Shown: one piece after another, positions 58,199-64,000 of the stretch
How the letters are laid out: the number at the start of each line of letters is the position of its first letter
Numbering within the stretch: position 1 is the stretch's first letter
Source: Podarcis muralis
Taxonomy: Eukaryota
Reading direction: 5' to 3'
DNA length: 64,000 nt
NCBI RefSeq assembly: GCF_964188315.1
Contig: NC_135667.1
Coordinates: 21,018,001 to 21,082,000, forward strand
Notes under the pieces: model-generated
Seen by the model: only the letters and a program-made list of their open reading frames with translations
The model's database searches: none
What the model was told of the DNA's origin: nothing
Program-made: the position numbers and the translations under genes

Positions 58199-59864
58199 AT
58201 TGTTAAAAATTAAAATGAGAGTTTCAGTTGCGTGACTTGATCTCAGGATGATTTATTAAATAAAGAACCTGGTGTATAAAGAACCAATTAGGTGGAGTAG
58301 GCAGAACGTTTCTCTGGATGGCATCTGATAAAGGAGTTGCTCCTCTATAAAAATATTTAATGGTAAAACCCAGCTTTCCCGCTGTCAAACATTTTGCGTA
58401 ACTTGTGAAACAAGTGATGGTCTACCAAAGGTGTCATCGGAGACACTGGAGGAGCAGGTGTCTTGGCCCAGTATCTCCAAAGAGACATACCCTGTTTCAG
58501 GAAAGAGTTGGATAAAGAATCCCATGAAATCACTATTGCATCATCCACCCTGCACTAGATTAATATTCTCCCATGGTGGTTTAAGCACCAAAGTAAAAGC
58601 TAATCCAAACAAGGAACACAGCACTTCTGGAAAAGGGAACATTTTACAGCCTGCTGAGAGAAGTTTGTTCCGTGACTCCTGAGAATGCTATATTGTGCAC
58701 TCATTCTCTCTTAATATGGCATGCTATTAAGAGGACGTTATCGGGGCTGGTGAACGCCCACTTCTTCCATACACTACTTTTGTGAATTCGAATGGGTCCT
58801 ATTTACTGAGGCCCAGGAGCTCAGGTGAGAGATGGATGAGAAGCCCATAAATATGGAGGGGAGGGGGAAACAGAGACCAAAACATGTAGCTGATGCTTGA
58901 GGATGTTTACAAAAGCAGGCTTCCCTGTACCCAGAATCAATGGCCCCTTTTAAAGACTTGTGTGGAGGTTTCCCATTCTTTTAATGAATGCACATAGAGC
59001 AAAGCCTGCCCAACATGGGTGCCACCCACTCTACATATGTTAGCTTGAGGCATGGCAGCACTGGAGTCCAAAGCATCTCTCCCCACCGGCCTTCAGGCAG
59101 CCAGCCAAGATCATTCTGCTCCTTCCTCAGCTATCCCAAGCCTCACGACAAAGACCCAAAAATTATTTGTGGTACATAACTTCCAATTCCCTTGGCAACC
59201 TTATAAATCCCTGTCTCTGTTCACACCTCTGGGCAGGAATAAAGGACAATTCTCTTGGGCTGCCAATGGCCATCAAGGGCTCTCTGAACAGTAATTTCGG
59301 GAAAGTCCTGGCAGTATGCCCACCTCCAGCACTCAAGCAAACACAGCCAGGAACTTTGCTCTCTCAGAAAAAATACACACTATCAGGTTCTTGGGCTGCG
59401 CAGAAAGCAAGAGAGAGGCAGAAGGAAGAAAGGATCAAGACGGGAGTGAAACTGACAGGCTTCTTTCAGGTAGATGGCACCCATACATGGCTGCTTGCCA
59501 AGGGACATGGCTGTATAGGGGTGGGGAACACAGTGATCCTGTATAAGAAGTGCAGACTCATTTACCAGTGGTACCATCCATGCAGAAAGAAGTATCTGTA
59601 GATTTTAGGGAACCTCCAAGTTAGCAAAAGTCCTTTCAGGGTGGGAGGGATACTAAGGAGGGGAACCTAAAACAGTGCAATAAGGTCTGAGTGTGCTCAG
59701 TGACTGACTTCAAGGTGGGGAGGGATAAAAAACTGGGAGGAGGAAAACTGGAACGGTGTGTCCTGGGAAAGCGATGGAAACCTGAAGAGGGGCAGATCAC
59801 TCCACAACATTTTGTTGCATGCTTGACTTACGGTATATTATTTCTTTTCATGCTCCACCAGGTG

Positions 59865-63602
<3,738 letters not shown>

Positions 63603-64000
63603 GAACATCTCCCTGCTACCAGTTGAGACTTCCTCCCTAACATTCCTGGTGCGGACATTTTACCTGTGTTCAATAAAACAAGGAAGGAACCAAAAGGAAG
63701 GAACAAGTTGACACTATGGGGTTCTACCCTTTGTTATTTCTGCCCTCAGTACACCCTCTGAATTTCATGCACACAACTAAGTCAGGTCCACTGACTTCAG
63801 TAGGCCTACTCTGAGTAGAAGCTGGAAATAACCTGTTAGATTGAACCTTCTTTCATCTGATTCAGTTTTCTTTGCTTCCTTTAAAGTGGGGGGTTTGGGG
63901 GGAGGCTGCTTTGCCAAGCCCTGTAAGGTGGGATCAGCTGTCTTGGCTCCTTTCTTTCTCCCTTCCATGGCAATTGACCAGGAAGGGATAAAGAAAGGTG

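Overview
Vertebrate genomic DNA, most likely a squamate (probably lacertid) lizard, judged from Sauria SINEs, a tRNA-Lys-derived SINE and many 8-bp-TSD hAT MITEs and TA-TSD mariner MITEs. Five intact multi-exon genes were reconstructed by hand from splice sites and reading frame. (1) A 271-aa class I phosphatidylinositol transfer protein (PITPNB-like, minus strand, CDS 9504-19983), probably the third class I paralog that mammals lack. (2) A divergent SULT1-family sulfotransferase (22617-29748). (3) A SULT1C-like gene (40116-43326). (4) CSTF2/CstF-64 (45261-55459), with a 22-unit [11 protein letters not shown] array, a 32-aa Gly-Pro run and a candidate neural cassette exon. (5) A second SULT1C-like gene (59865-63602). 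CSTF2 is therefore sandwiched between two recent SULT1C duplicates. No CRISPR or other prokaryotic systems are present. One unique-sequence island (about 34.7-37.3 kb) remains unexplained. Family assignments and comparisons with human, chicken and fish proteins come from recalled sequences, not database searches.
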